From assembly GCA_913041085.1 (NCBI GenBank), contig CAJWHN010000003.1:1-55183 (forward strand): a stretch of 55,183 bases of DNA, read 5' to 3'. The DNA comes from an uncultured Flavobacteriales bacterium (GTDB lineage: Bacteria > Bacteroidota > Bacteroidia > Flavobacteriales > UBA7312). Shown here in pieces: positions 19,683 through 28,004 of the stretch; within the stretch, counting starts at the first letter, position 1; each line of letters opens with the position of its first letter. The notes beneath the pieces were generated by a model. It saw only the letters and a program-made list of their open reading frames with translations. It searched no databases and was not told the DNA's origin. A program made the translations under genes and the position numbers.

Positions 19683-20380
19683 TGGATTTGTTTCGTTTTT
19701 TCAAACAAACATTTATTTCCAAAACCCCACAAGAAAAGCAGTTATTCAAGATTTTAGGTTTTTATCCCAAAGACATTAACCCTTACAAAGAAGCCCTTAC
19801 CCACAAATCTGTAAGAGGTCGTATAGTACATAACGAAAGATTAGAGTTTTTGGGAGACGCTATTTTTGGTTCAGTCGTTGCCGATTTTGTTTTTCGAGAA
19901 TTTCCTGATGAAAACGAGGGGTTTCTTACCCAAACTCGCTCCAAAATAGTTAGCCGAAAGACACTAAATACTATAGCACTTAAAATTAACCTTAACACCG
20001 TATTAAAACACCAAGTAAGTTCTAATCGGTCCATATTTGGTAATGCCCTAGAAGCTTTAATAGGTGCGGTTTATCTAGATAAAGGGTATCAATTTACTTC
20101 AAATTATATTGAAGAAAAACTCATACGTCCTTACTTGGATATCCATCAGCTGGTGAAAGAAGTTTCTAGTCATAAAGGCAAACTTTTAGAGTGGGGTCAG
20201 GCTCAAAAAAAACAAGTTGTATTCAAATTAGTGTCTTCATACGGAAAAGACCACGAAAAGTCTTATGAAGTTATGGTTATGATAGGTCAAAAGAAATATG
20301 CTGATGCTGTGGGAACCTCCATCAAAAGAGCAGAAGAATTAGCTGCAAAACGAGCTCTCAAAGAATTAATACAATCATAA
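19682..20380 (+). CDS. rnc: Ribonuclease III
   Basis: NERLEFLGDA, ALEALIGAVYLD, dsRBD C-terminus. Confidence 0.95.
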   Translation: MDLFRFFKQTFISKTPQEKQLFKILGFYPKDINPYKEALTHKSVRGRIVHNERLEFLGDAIFGSVVADFVFREFPDENEGFLTQTRSKIVSRKTLNTIALKINLNTVLKHQVSSNRSIFGNALEALIGAVYLDKGYQFTSNYIEEKLIRPYLDIHQLVKEVSSHKGKLLEWGQAQKKQVVFKLVSSYGKDHEKSYEVMVMIGQKKYADAVGTSIKRAEELAAKRALKELIQS

Positions 20381-20419
20381 AATTTATATCAAACAGAAAG
20401 ACTATTTTAGCGTTTATAA

Positions 20420-20812
20420 ATGGCAAAACAGTTATTGCGCATAGATTTAGACACCAGCTTTTCCCTTTTCGGCATAAGCTGTCATTTGAAAGACTTTCGA
20501 TTTGCGTGGACTATTAACAAATCCTTAAGAGTCGATTTTAAAAAATCTAAACCTTATATTAAAGGCGATGATTTAGAGTTTTCACAATATGAGCATCAGT
20601 TAGATTTAGACACCATTTATCTATTTGCTAATAAAAGCCAAGATGGTTTTCTCATAACAAAAAAGAAGCAGGTAGACTATTGGATATTATTTCACAACAC
20701 AGTAGATGAAAAAACGGTTAGCCATTATATAAGTACAATCCGTAAAACACAGTCTGTTCTTACTGTGTTTGAGGAAGATAATATACAGATTAAAGAACAT
20801 TTTGTATTTTAA
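20420..20812 (+). CDS. IPExxxVDY family protein
   Basis: GISCHLKDFRFAWTINKSL and FLITKKKQVDY; usual position between rnc and pyk in Bacteroidota. Confidence 0.75.
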   Translation: MAKQLLRIDLDTSFSLFGISCHLKDFRFAWTINKSLRVDFKKSKPYIKGDDLEFSQYEHQLDLDTIYLFANKSQDGFLITKKKQVDYWILFHNTVDEKTVSHYISTIRKTQSVLTVFEEDNIQIKEHFVF

Positions 20813-20814
20813 TT

Positions 20815-22236
20815 ATGAATAAAAATAACACCAAAATAGTAGCGACAATGGGCCCCGCTTGTACAAACAAAGAAGTTTTAACAAGCATGATTAAAGCGGG
20901 GGTAAATGTTTGTCGTTTAAATTTTTCGCATGCCGACCACAAAACACATTTAGAGACCATTAAATTAATTAAAGAGATTAACCAAGAGCTTTATGTTCAT
21001 ACAGCAATATTAGCTGATTTACAAGGACCAAAAATTAGGGTTGGAAAAATTGAAGAAGGCTCAGAATTGGTCAACGGATCTGAATTTATCTTAACATCAA
21101 ACAAGTGTGTTGGAAACGCTAAAATAGCTTATATCAACTACGAAAACTTTCCTCAAGATGTTAAAGAAGGGGAAATGGTTTTAATTAACGATGGAAAACT
21201 ACAAATACAAGTTGTAAAAACAAATAAAAAAGACAAGGTAATAACTAAGGTTATTCATGGTGGGTTATTAAGCTCAAATAAAGGAGTAAACCTACCTAAT
21301 ACAGCGATTTCTCAACCTTGTTTAACAGAAAAAGATTTAAAAGACTTAGAGTTTATACTCACACAGCCAATAGAATGGATAGGCTTGTCTTTTGTCCGTT
21401 CAGCTCAAGATATTTTGGAGCTTAAGAACCACATTTCTAAAGCTGACCACGACGCTAGAGTCGTGGCAAAAATTGAGAAGCCTGAAGCCTTGGACAACCT
21501 TGACAACATTATTGATGTAACAGACGCTCTTATGATTGCCAGGGGAGACTTGGGAGTAGAAATACCGATGCAGAAAGTCCCTGTTATACAAAAGAAAATT
21601 GCTAGGGCTTGCCTAGAAAAAGCAAAACCCGTTATTGTAGCCACTCAGATGTTGGAGAGTATGACAGAAAACGTAACGCCCACACGAGCAGAGGTTAACG
21701 ATGTTGCCAACTCAGTAATGGATGGTGCAGACGCTGTTATGCTTAGTGGAGAAACATCTGTAGGAGCGTTTCCAGTACAAGCTGTTGAAACAATGAGCAA
21801 GATTATTACTAATGTAGAACAAGAATTTTCTACCATACGCTCTTACGAGCTGAAAGAGAAACACGGTGAGCGCTTTATATCAGACGCCATCTGTTATCAT
21901 TCTTGCACACTAGCAGAGCAAGTGAGTGCAAAGGCTATAATAACTATGACACACTCGGGCTATAACGCCATCGAAATCTCAAGTCATAGACCCCCTTGTA
22001 AAATTTATGCCTTTACCAATAATCATGCTATTTTAAATACTTTAAGTTTGGTTTGGGGGGTAACAGGTTTTTATTATGATAACGAAGCAGGTACTGATGA
22101 AACTGTTGCTGATACTAAGCGAATATTGAGAGAAGAAGGTTTTTTAAAATCTAAAGACTTAGTGCTTAATGTTGCTAGTATGCCGATTAAGGAAAAAGGA
22201 ATGACTAATATGATGAGGTTAAGCTACCTCAAATAA
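20815..22236 (+). CDS. pyk: Pyruvate kinase
   Basis: TKIVATMGP, RLNFSH, DLQGPKIR, ARGDLGVE, ATQMLESM, MLSGETS. Confidence 0.97.
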   Translation: MNKNNTKIVATMGPACTNKEVLTSMIKAGVNVCRLNFSHADHKTHLETIKLIKEINQELYVHTAILADLQGPKIRVGKIEEGSELVNGSEFILTSNKCVGNAKIAYINYENFPQDVKEGEMVLINDGKLQIQVVKTNKKDKVITKVIHGGLLSSNKGVNLPNTAISQPCLTEKDLKDLEFILTQPIEWIGLSFVRSAQDILELKNHISKADHDARVVAKIEKPEALDNLDNIIDVTDALMIARGDLGVEIPMQKVPVIQKKIARACLEKAKPVIVATQMLESMTENVTPTRAEVNDVANSVMDGADAVMLSGETSVGAFPVQAVETMSKIITNVEQEFSTIRSYELKEKHGERFISDAICYHSCTLAEQVSAKAIITMTHSGYNAIEISSHRPPCKIYAFTNNHAILNTLSLVWGVTGFYYDNEAGTDETVADTKRILREEGFLKSKDLVLNVASMPIKEKGMTNMMRLSYLK

Positions 22237-22248
22237 ACTATTTTAAAA

Positions 22249-23295
22249 ATGCCTATAAACGTAAAACTCCTTGCTGAAATATGTGAGGCTGCTGGTGCAC
22301 CAGGACACGAGCAAAGAATTAGAGAAATTGTAATTAGAGAAGTTAGCCCCTTGGTTGATGAGTTACGCACTGATAATATGGGTAATGTAACCGCTATAAA
22401 AAAAGGTAAGCATGATAAAAAAGTAATGATTGGCGCTCATATGGATGAGATTGGTTTTATCGTAACCCATATTGACGACAATGGTTTTTTGCGTTTCCAC
22501 ACTCTAGGTGGTTTTGACCCCAAAACACTAACAGCTCAACGTGTGATTGTTCATGGTAAAAAAGACCTAGTTGGGGTAATGGGAAGTAAGCCCATACACG
22601 TAATGACTCCAGAAGAACGTAATAAATCTCCCAAGACAACAGACTTCTTTATTGATACGGGAATGCCTAAGTCAGAAGTAGAGAAGTACATCGAAGTTGG
22701 TAACCCCATTACAAGAGAAAGAAAGCTCATAGAAATGGGCAATTGTGTTAATTGTAAGTCCATTGACAATAGAGTTTCTGTTTTTATCTTAATAGAAATG
22801 TTAAGAGAATTAAAAGATGCTCCATACGATGTTTATGGTGTATTTACCGTTCAAGAAGAAGTAGGTATTCGCGGCGCTAATGTGGCAACACAAGAAGTAC
22901 AGCCTGATTTTGGCTTTGGTCTTGACACCACTATTGCTTATGATGTGCCCGGTGCTGCACCACACGAAAAAATAACGGAACTTGGAAAAGGCGCAGCCAT
23001 CAAAGTAATGGACTCTTCAACAATATGTGATTATCGCATGGTCAGCTACATGAAAGAAGTGGCCAATAAGCATAAGATAATCCATCAGTTAGAGATTTTA
23101 ACAGGAGGAGGAACAGATACAGCCGGGATTCAGCGTTTTACTCCGGGGGGCTCAATAGCTGGTGCAGTATCAATCCCAACTAGACACATCCATCAAGTGA
23201 TTGAAATGGCTGATAAAACAGATATTCGTAACGCCATAGACTTATTGCATTATTCTGTAAAAGACTTGGACAAATACGATTGGAGTTTCAAATAA
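22249..23295 (+). CDS. M42 family metallopeptidase
   Basis: AHMDEIG, DNR, QEEVGIRGA, GGTD, RHIH. Confidence 0.92.
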   Translation: MPINVKLLAEICEAAGAPGHEQRIREIVIREVSPLVDELRTDNMGNVTAIKKGKHDKKVMIGAHMDEIGFIVTHIDDNGFLRFHTLGGFDPKTLTAQRVIVHGKKDLVGVMGSKPIHVMTPEERNKSPKTTDFFIDTGMPKSEVEKYIEVGNPITRERKLIEMGNCVNCKSIDNRVSVFILIEMLRELKDAPYDVYGVFTVQEEVGIRGANVATQEVQPDFGFGLDTTIAYDVPGAAPHEKITELGKGAAIKVMDSSTICDYRMVSYMKEVANKHKIIHQLEILTGGGTDTAGIQRFTPGGSIAGAVSIPTRHIHQVIEMADKTDIRNAIDLLHYSVKDLDKYDWSFK

Positions 23296-23328
23296 AAAAA
23301 AGCCCTTATTTAGAGGGCTTTTTTTATT
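23291..23328. terminator. Bidirectional intrinsic terminator between the convergent M42 and YceI genes
   Basis: AATAAAAAAAAGCCCT-TATTTAG-AGGGCTTTTTTTATT. Confidence 0.8.
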
Positions 23329-23924
23329 TAAAACTTCAACTCTATTGACAATTTGAATTCATCGTAGATTGCTTTATCAGCTAGCTCTTCGAAAAAATTT
23401 CCAGACTTGTAGATTATTCCAAACTCTGTTCTATCAATAACAAGTTTTGCTTTAGCTGTTTTTTCTTTTATTTCAGCATCAAACATTATTTCTTGAGTCA
23501 TGCCTTTAATGGTAATATTTGCATTAACTTGATATTGATCCAAGCCCCTTTTCTTAACATCTAAAATTGTTAAGCTGGCAGTAGGAAATTCATCAACACT
23601 AAAGAAATCATCTGACTTGAGGTGACTTTCAATACCAGCCTTTCCTTTACCACTTAAATCAGTACAAACAATAGTTGTCATATCAATAACAAACTCTCCA
23701 CCTACTAAGTCGTTATTATCAAGAGTTAAGTACCCAGACTTAAGCTCAATAGTTCCTTCATGAGAGCCGGTAACTTTACTCCCCACCCAAGTCAAAGCAC
23801 TATCTTTAATTTTAACATCTTCTTTTTCAATAGTAAAGCTTTGTAAAATAAAAAAACATCCTATTGTAAGAATTAATAAAACAGGTTGTTTTAAATATTT
23901 GGTGGTAGAAAAATTAAAAATCAT
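23328..23924 (-). CDS. YceI family lipid/polyisoprenoid-binding protein
   Basis: SxLTWVGSKVTGSHEGTI, HLKSDDFF, TIKG, IDRTEFGI; TATCTTTG -7 element at 23967-23974 (minus). Confidence 0.9.
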   Translation of the reverse strand: MIFNFSTTKYLKQPVLLILTIGCFFILQSFTIEKEDVKIKDSALTWVGSKVTGSHEGTIELKSGYLTLDNNDLVGGEFVIDMTTIVCTDLSGKGKAGIESHLKSDDFFSVDEFPTASLTILDVKKRGLDQYQVNANITIKGMTQEIMFDAEIKEKTAKAKLVIDRTEFGIIYKSGNFFEELADKAIYDEFKLSIELKF

Positions 23925-24157
23925 TGTAATAAAAAATTAAAGGTTAAAAATTAAAAAAGTTAAATACAAAGATACAACTTATACTATTTACGAACAAAGT
24001 CAGAAAATATTATAATACCTAAAGTTTAGAACGTAATCATTTTCCGTTAAATACTATTAAAATAATTTTTCAGTTAATATACTTTGATATATTGTTCAAT
24101 TAAATAAAATTTGCATTTATAAATCGGGCAAAAACACACAACCTATTTAAACAGACG

Positions 24158-24784
24158 ATGCTACAATCCCAATCCATAAATTTTTCATACGATGGAATAC
24201 ATCAGTTTTGTTTTCCAGACATTCAACTTTCAGAGGGAGAGGAGTTGTTAATTTTAGGTGAATCGGGGGTTGGCAAAACCACCTTCATTCAAATTTTAGC
24301 AGGCTTATTAAAGCCGTCTTCAGGACTATTAGAATTTAATGGAGTCCAATTTCACAACTTACCTTCAAAAGAGTTAGATCAGTTTAGAGGTAAACATATC
24401 GGTATGGTTTTTCAAAGCCCTTACTTTGTGAAAAACATTAGTATTTTAGATAATCTTCTCCTTTCTCTTTATTTATCAAAAAACAAAGAAGACAAGAAAA
24501 GAGCTATTGAGCTCTTGGAACAAGTAGGTTTAGGGCATAAAATTAATAGTAAGCCGAATGATTTAAGCCAGGGAGAGCAACAAAGAGCGGCTATTGCTTT
24601 GGCGGTAGTTAAAAACCCAAGTGTGATTTTAGCAGACGAGCCTACATCGAGCTTAGATGATGTAAATTGTAAAAAAATAACAAGCTTACTCAAAGAACAA
24701 GCGGCATCAACAAACGCCCATTTAATAATCATCACGCACGACCAAAGATTAAAAAGCCAATTTGATAAATCCATTACGCTATGA
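24158..24784 (+). CDS. ABC transporter ATP-binding protein (MacB/LolD-like)
   Basis: GESGVGKTT, LSQGEQQR, ADEPTSSLD, ITHD. Confidence 0.92.
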   Translation: MLQSQSINFSYDGIHQFCFPDIQLSEGEELLILGESGVGKTTFIQILAGLLKPSSGLLEFNGVQFHNLPSKELDQFRGKHIGMVFQSPYFVKNISILDNLLLSLYLSKNKEDKKRAIELLEQVGLGHKINSKPNDLSQGEQQRAAIALAVVKNPSVILADEPTSSLDDVNCKKITSLLKEQAASTNAHLIIITHDQRLKSQFDKSITL

Positions 24785-26043
24785 ACATCAGTAGATTAAG
24801 TTGGCAAAACCTAATTAGCAACCCATTAAACACCACGCTTAGCTTGTTGTTAATGACGTTTGGCGTTGGGATTATTTCCCTTTTGTTTTTGTTAAACAAT
24901 CAAATTGAGCAACAACTACAAGCCAACCTTAGAGGTGTTGACATGGTTGTCGGTTCAAAGGGCAGTCCTTTACAGCTCATACTTTCTTCAATTTATCACA
25001 TCGACAATCCAACAGGCAACATTCCATATAGCGAGGCTATTAAAATTGACAACAATTCATTAGTTGATTTAACGGTGCCGCTTTCCTATGGCGATTCCTA
25101 CAATGGATTTCGAATCGTTGGAACGACACACCAATATCCCGAATTGTATGAAATGAGTTTGAAAAAAGGTCGTTTATGGAGTCGAAGCTTAGAGGTTGTT
25201 CTTGGTAGCACGGTAGCTCAAATTCACCGATTAAAAATAGGGGACACTTTTTATGGCACACACGGATTGATTGAAGGAGGGCATGTTCATGATGAATACC
25301 CCTATGAGGTTGTGGGAATTTTTAACCCCTCATACACTATTCTTGATCAGCTTATATTGACTAATACTCAAAGCGTTTGGCAAGTTCATAATCATGAAGT
25401 TGTAGAACAAGGTCATGAGCACCAAGAGTGTGACCACGAGCATCATATAGAAGAATCAACAGTATCAGGATTAGAGCTAAACGCCATTGTTCCAGAAGAC
25501 GCTATGATAACCTCCTTGTTAGTTAAATTTAAAAGCCCTATTGGACTAATACAGTTGCCTCGAAAAATTAATGAGACGACTAATTTACAAGCAGCCGTAC
25601 CCGCCCTTGAAATAAGTCGATTAACTAATTTGCTTGGTTTTGGTGTTCAAACGATTAACATCATAGCTTTTATAATAATAATAGTTTCAGGTCTAAGTAT
25701 ATTCATTAGCTTATATAATTCTTTGAAAAAAAGGCGTTACGAACTTGCTTTGATGCGGGTGCATGGAGCTTCAAAATGGCAGTTGGTTCAATTGGTTCTT
25801 CAAGAAGGAATAATTTTATCTGTAATCGGAACCGTTCTTGGATTATTAATCAGCCGCATAACGTTACTTACAATAACCTTATTTGCTGAACATAAATACA
25901 CCTTTAGCTCCTTTCAGTTTAATTTGCTTAACGAAGAACTTTGGCTACCTCCCATTGCTTTACTTACAGGCATAGTTGCTTCTATAATACCAACGGTTTT
26001 ATCATACAACATTAATATTCCCAAAACCCTTTCCAATGAATAG
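24781..26043 (+). CDS. ABC transporter permease (FtsX/MacB-type) with His-rich loops
   Basis: DMVVGSKGSPLQLIL, PLSYGD..GFRIVGT, GHVHDE and HNHE..GHEHQECDHEHH, RRYELALMRVHGA. Confidence 0.88.
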   Translation: MNISRLSWQNLISNPLNTTLSLLLMTFGVGIISLLFLLNNQIEQQLQANLRGVDMVVGSKGSPLQLILSSIYHIDNPTGNIPYSEAIKIDNNSLVDLTVPLSYGDSYNGFRIVGTTHQYPELYEMSLKKGRLWSRSLEVVLGSTVAQIHRLKIGDTFYGTHGLIEGGHVHDEYPYEVVGIFNPSYTILDQLILTNTQSVWQVHNHEVVEQGHEHQECDHEHHIEESTVSGLELNAIVPEDAMITSLLVKFKSPIGLIQLPRKINETTNLQAAVPALEISRLTNLLGFGVQTINIIAFIIIIVSGLSIFISLYNSLKKRRYELALMRVHGASKWQLVQLVLQEGIILSVIGTVLGLLISRITLLTITLFAEHKYTFSSFQFNLLNEELWLPPIALLTGIVASIIPTVLSYNINIPKTLSNE

Positions 26044-26473
26044 GCTAATTATTATTCTTTTTATTTTTCTTGCCAAACTTAGTTTTGCACAAAAAGAAAT
26101 TGACTGGAGCGTCTTAGCTGATGTAGAGTTTACCGATTTGTATATAGAAGAAGTTGATGAATATTTTTTATACCCACATTTTGGCCCAAGTGTAAGAGAG
26201 TTAGCGGGTAAGGAAGTGATGATAAGAGGCTTTGTTCTAGCGATAGACCCTACTCAAAACTACTACATCCTATCGAAAGGTCCGTTTTCCTCTTGTTTTT
26301 TCTGTGGTGTTGGAGGACCTGAAACCATTGTAGAGCTCGAGATGAAATCCTCAAAAGAGGTATTTATAATGGACGAAGTAGCTACTATAAAAGGCACACT
26401 AAAACTTAATACTGATGATATTTATCAGTGCAATTATATTTTACAAGACGCCGTGGTTTATCTTAGGGAGTGA
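26036..26473 (+). CDS. DUF3299 family protein
   Basis: W..L, LAGKEVMIRGF, PFSSCFFCG, GTLKLN; third gene of the ABC trio. Confidence 0.75.
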   Translation: MNRLIIILFIFLAKLSFAQKEIDWSVLADVEFTDLYIEEVDEYFLYPHFGPSVRELAGKEVMIRGFVLAIDPTQNYYILSKGPFSSCFFCGVGGPETIVELEMKSSKEVFIMDEVATIKGTLKLNTDDIYQCNYILQDAVVYLRE

Positions 26474-26582
26474 CTCTACTTATATTCGTGTTGAAGGAGC
26501 CAATCACAGACAAGAAGGAGTTCCACAAACTATGGGTTATGAAGCTTACCTAAGCGCTATAGAGATCTTTATCACCCAATAA
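26472..26582 (+). pseudogene. Orphan C-terminal relic resembling an alpha/beta-hydrolase end
   Basis: STYIRVEGANHRQEGVPQTMGYEAYLSAIEIFITQ* with no start; VEGANH resembles a catalytic-His loop followed by a terminal helix. Confidence 0.4.
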
Positions 26583-26586
26583 AAAG

Positions 26587-27150
26587 TTAAAAACATAACC
26601 CTATTTTTACACCGCCTGACACCCTCAAACCGTTTGGGGGAGGAAACAACACGGTAGACTCTATGAATGGCCCTGGATAGTCGTCATCTGCTATTGTACA
26701 GCCTAAAAAGCCATCTAATGCAATTCTCTTTATTAATAACTGATAGCCAAGATATAAAGACGTTCCTAATGAAGACCAATCATCATTTTCAATAAAACCT
26801 GAGGGTGTAGTGGGCTGATATTCGGCAACTCCAAAAACTCCTGACAAGGAGGTGTAAAGTCCTTCTAATTCTTTATTGTTAAAATAATACCTTATTTGAG
26901 GCTCGACAACTATACCTTTTTTTGTAACATCTAGTGGAGGGTACCAAGGGTGGGAGGACTCCAATGTTTTATTTTGGTTTAAAATATCTAAATCTAAAGC
27001 TATAGACATAGAATGACCAATATTTTTTTCATAACCTATGGAATATCGACCAACAATTAAATCAGTCCCATTTAGTTTAAGGATGTTTTTGCTTTGAGCA
27101 TAAATATTACATTCAATTATAAGGCAAAATAAAATAAAGGGCAGCTTCAT
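26587..27150 (-). CDS. Small outer-membrane beta-barrel protein (DUF3575-like)
   Basis: Signal peptide, KNILKLN, SIGYEK, EPQIRYYF, LGYQ, terminal aromatic F. Confidence 0.6.
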   Translation of the reverse strand: MKLPFILFCLIIECNIYAQSKNILKLNGTDLIVGRYSIGYEKNIGHSMSIALDLDILNQNKTLESSHPWYPPLDVTKKGIVVEPQIRYYFNNKELEGLYTSLSGVFGVAEYQPTTPSGFIENDDWSSLGTSLYLGYQLLIKRIALDGFLGCTIADDDYPGPFIESTVLFPPPNGLRVSGGVKIGLCF

Positions 27151-27209
27151 ACTTTATAAAATAGAACAGTTCTTGTTAAATAAAGTTAGATAACGGCGAT
27201 TTTTATAAT

Positions 27210-27308
27210 CTATTGCACTAATAATTTGTGACTGTGATAACCCTGATTGGTCTTTATAGTTAGATTGTATATTCCCTTAGAATAATTTGATAATTCAACG
27301 GATTGAAA
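27210..27308 (-). pseudogene. Relic T9SS C-terminal sorting-domain tail
   Basis: QSVELSNYSKGIYNLTIKTNQGYHSHKLLVQ* is a typical CTD end; upstream sequence runs into another relic and the tRNA. Confidence 0.6.
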
Positions 27309-27370
27309 AACAAACCTCTTTTTATATTTATGATGATGGAACTGTGGAGAAGAAAATAATTCTTGAATAA
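27303..27370 (+). pseudogene. Relic C-terminal tail of a secreted protein, frameshifted
   Basis: LKNKPL then a 1-nt shift to FYIYDDGTVEKKIILE*, resembling a C-terminal signature of marine Flavobacteriales secreted proteins. Confidence 0.55.
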
Positions 27371-27372
27371 AT

Positions 27373-27400
27373 AAAAACCCACTCAAATGAGCGGGTTTCT
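27373..27400 (-). terminator. Intrinsic terminator downstream of tRNA-Ala
   Basis: Minus strand AAACCCGCTCA-TT-TGAGTGGGTTT followed by T-rich tract. Confidence 0.6.
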
Positions 27401-27403
27401 TTT

Positions 27404-27480
27404 TGGTGGAGAAGATGGTGTTCGAACCCACAACCTCTTGACTGCCAGGTAAACGCTCTAGCCAACTGAGCTACATCCCC
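27404..27480 (-). tRNA. tRNA-Ala(GGC), structurally degenerate (possible pseudo-tRNA)
   Basis: GGGGATGTAGCTCAGTTGGCTAGAGCGTTTACCTGGCAGTCAAGAGGTTGTGGGTTCGAACACCATCTTCTCCACCA; G3:U70 present; anticodon stem TTTAC/TCAAG has 2 mismatches and T-stem G53:A61 is mismatched; TACGTTTG promoter at 27491-27498. Confidence 0.8.
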
Positions 27481-27557
27481 AATAGGCTTACAAACGTAGG
27501 GATTTTCAACTCTTTTAAGACTAATTTTTATAGATTGCTATTCTGCTTATCATTAAG

Positions 27558-27565
27558 TATTTTTG
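27558..27565 (+). promoter_or_regulatory. -7 element for the ridA-ileS-dksA-lspA operon
   Basis: TATTTTTG, ending 20 nt before ATG 27585. Confidence 0.55.
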
Positions 27566-27584
27566 CAACATTAAAATTTGACTA

Positions 27585-28004
27585 ATGACTAGTAAAAAAA
27601 TAGAATCTAGCAAAGCTCCTGAACCAGTAGGACTATATCCACACGCTCGACAACATGGTAATTTGTTGTTTTTGTCAGGTGTGGGCCCAAGGGAAAGGGG
27701 AACAAAAAAAATACCCGGAGTAGAGCTTGACGAAACAGGCAACATTACATCTTACGATATAGAGGTGCAATGCCGGTCGGTCTTCAATAACGTTCGCACC
27801 ATAGTAGAGGAATCAGGTTCTTCGTGGGACAATATTATTGACGTTACTGTTTTTTTAACCAACATGAAAGACGATTTTAAAATATATAATAAAGTTTATG
27901 CAGAGTTTTTTGCTGACAATCAGCCTTGTAGAACAACACTAGAAATAAACTGTTTGCCCACCCCAATTGCCATTGAATTGAAAGTAATAGCGACTATTGA
28001 CTAA
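27585..28004 (+). CDS. RidA/YjgF family protein (2-aminomuconate deaminase-like)
   Basis: APEPVGLYPHA, FLSGVGPR, VTVFL, PCRTTLEI, IELKVIA. Confidence 0.85.
   Translation: MTSKKIESSKAPEPVGLYPHARQHGNLLFLSGVGPRERGTKKIPGVELDETGNITSYDIEVQCRSVFNNVRTIVEESGSSWDNIIDVTVFLTNMKDDFKIYNKVYAEFFADNQPCRTTLEINCLPTPIAIELKVIATID

Noticed and set aside
27210-27431. 73 aa ORF as an intact gene
   Set aside because: Its start lies inside the tRNA and it crosses a terminator; only the last ~32 residues look like protein
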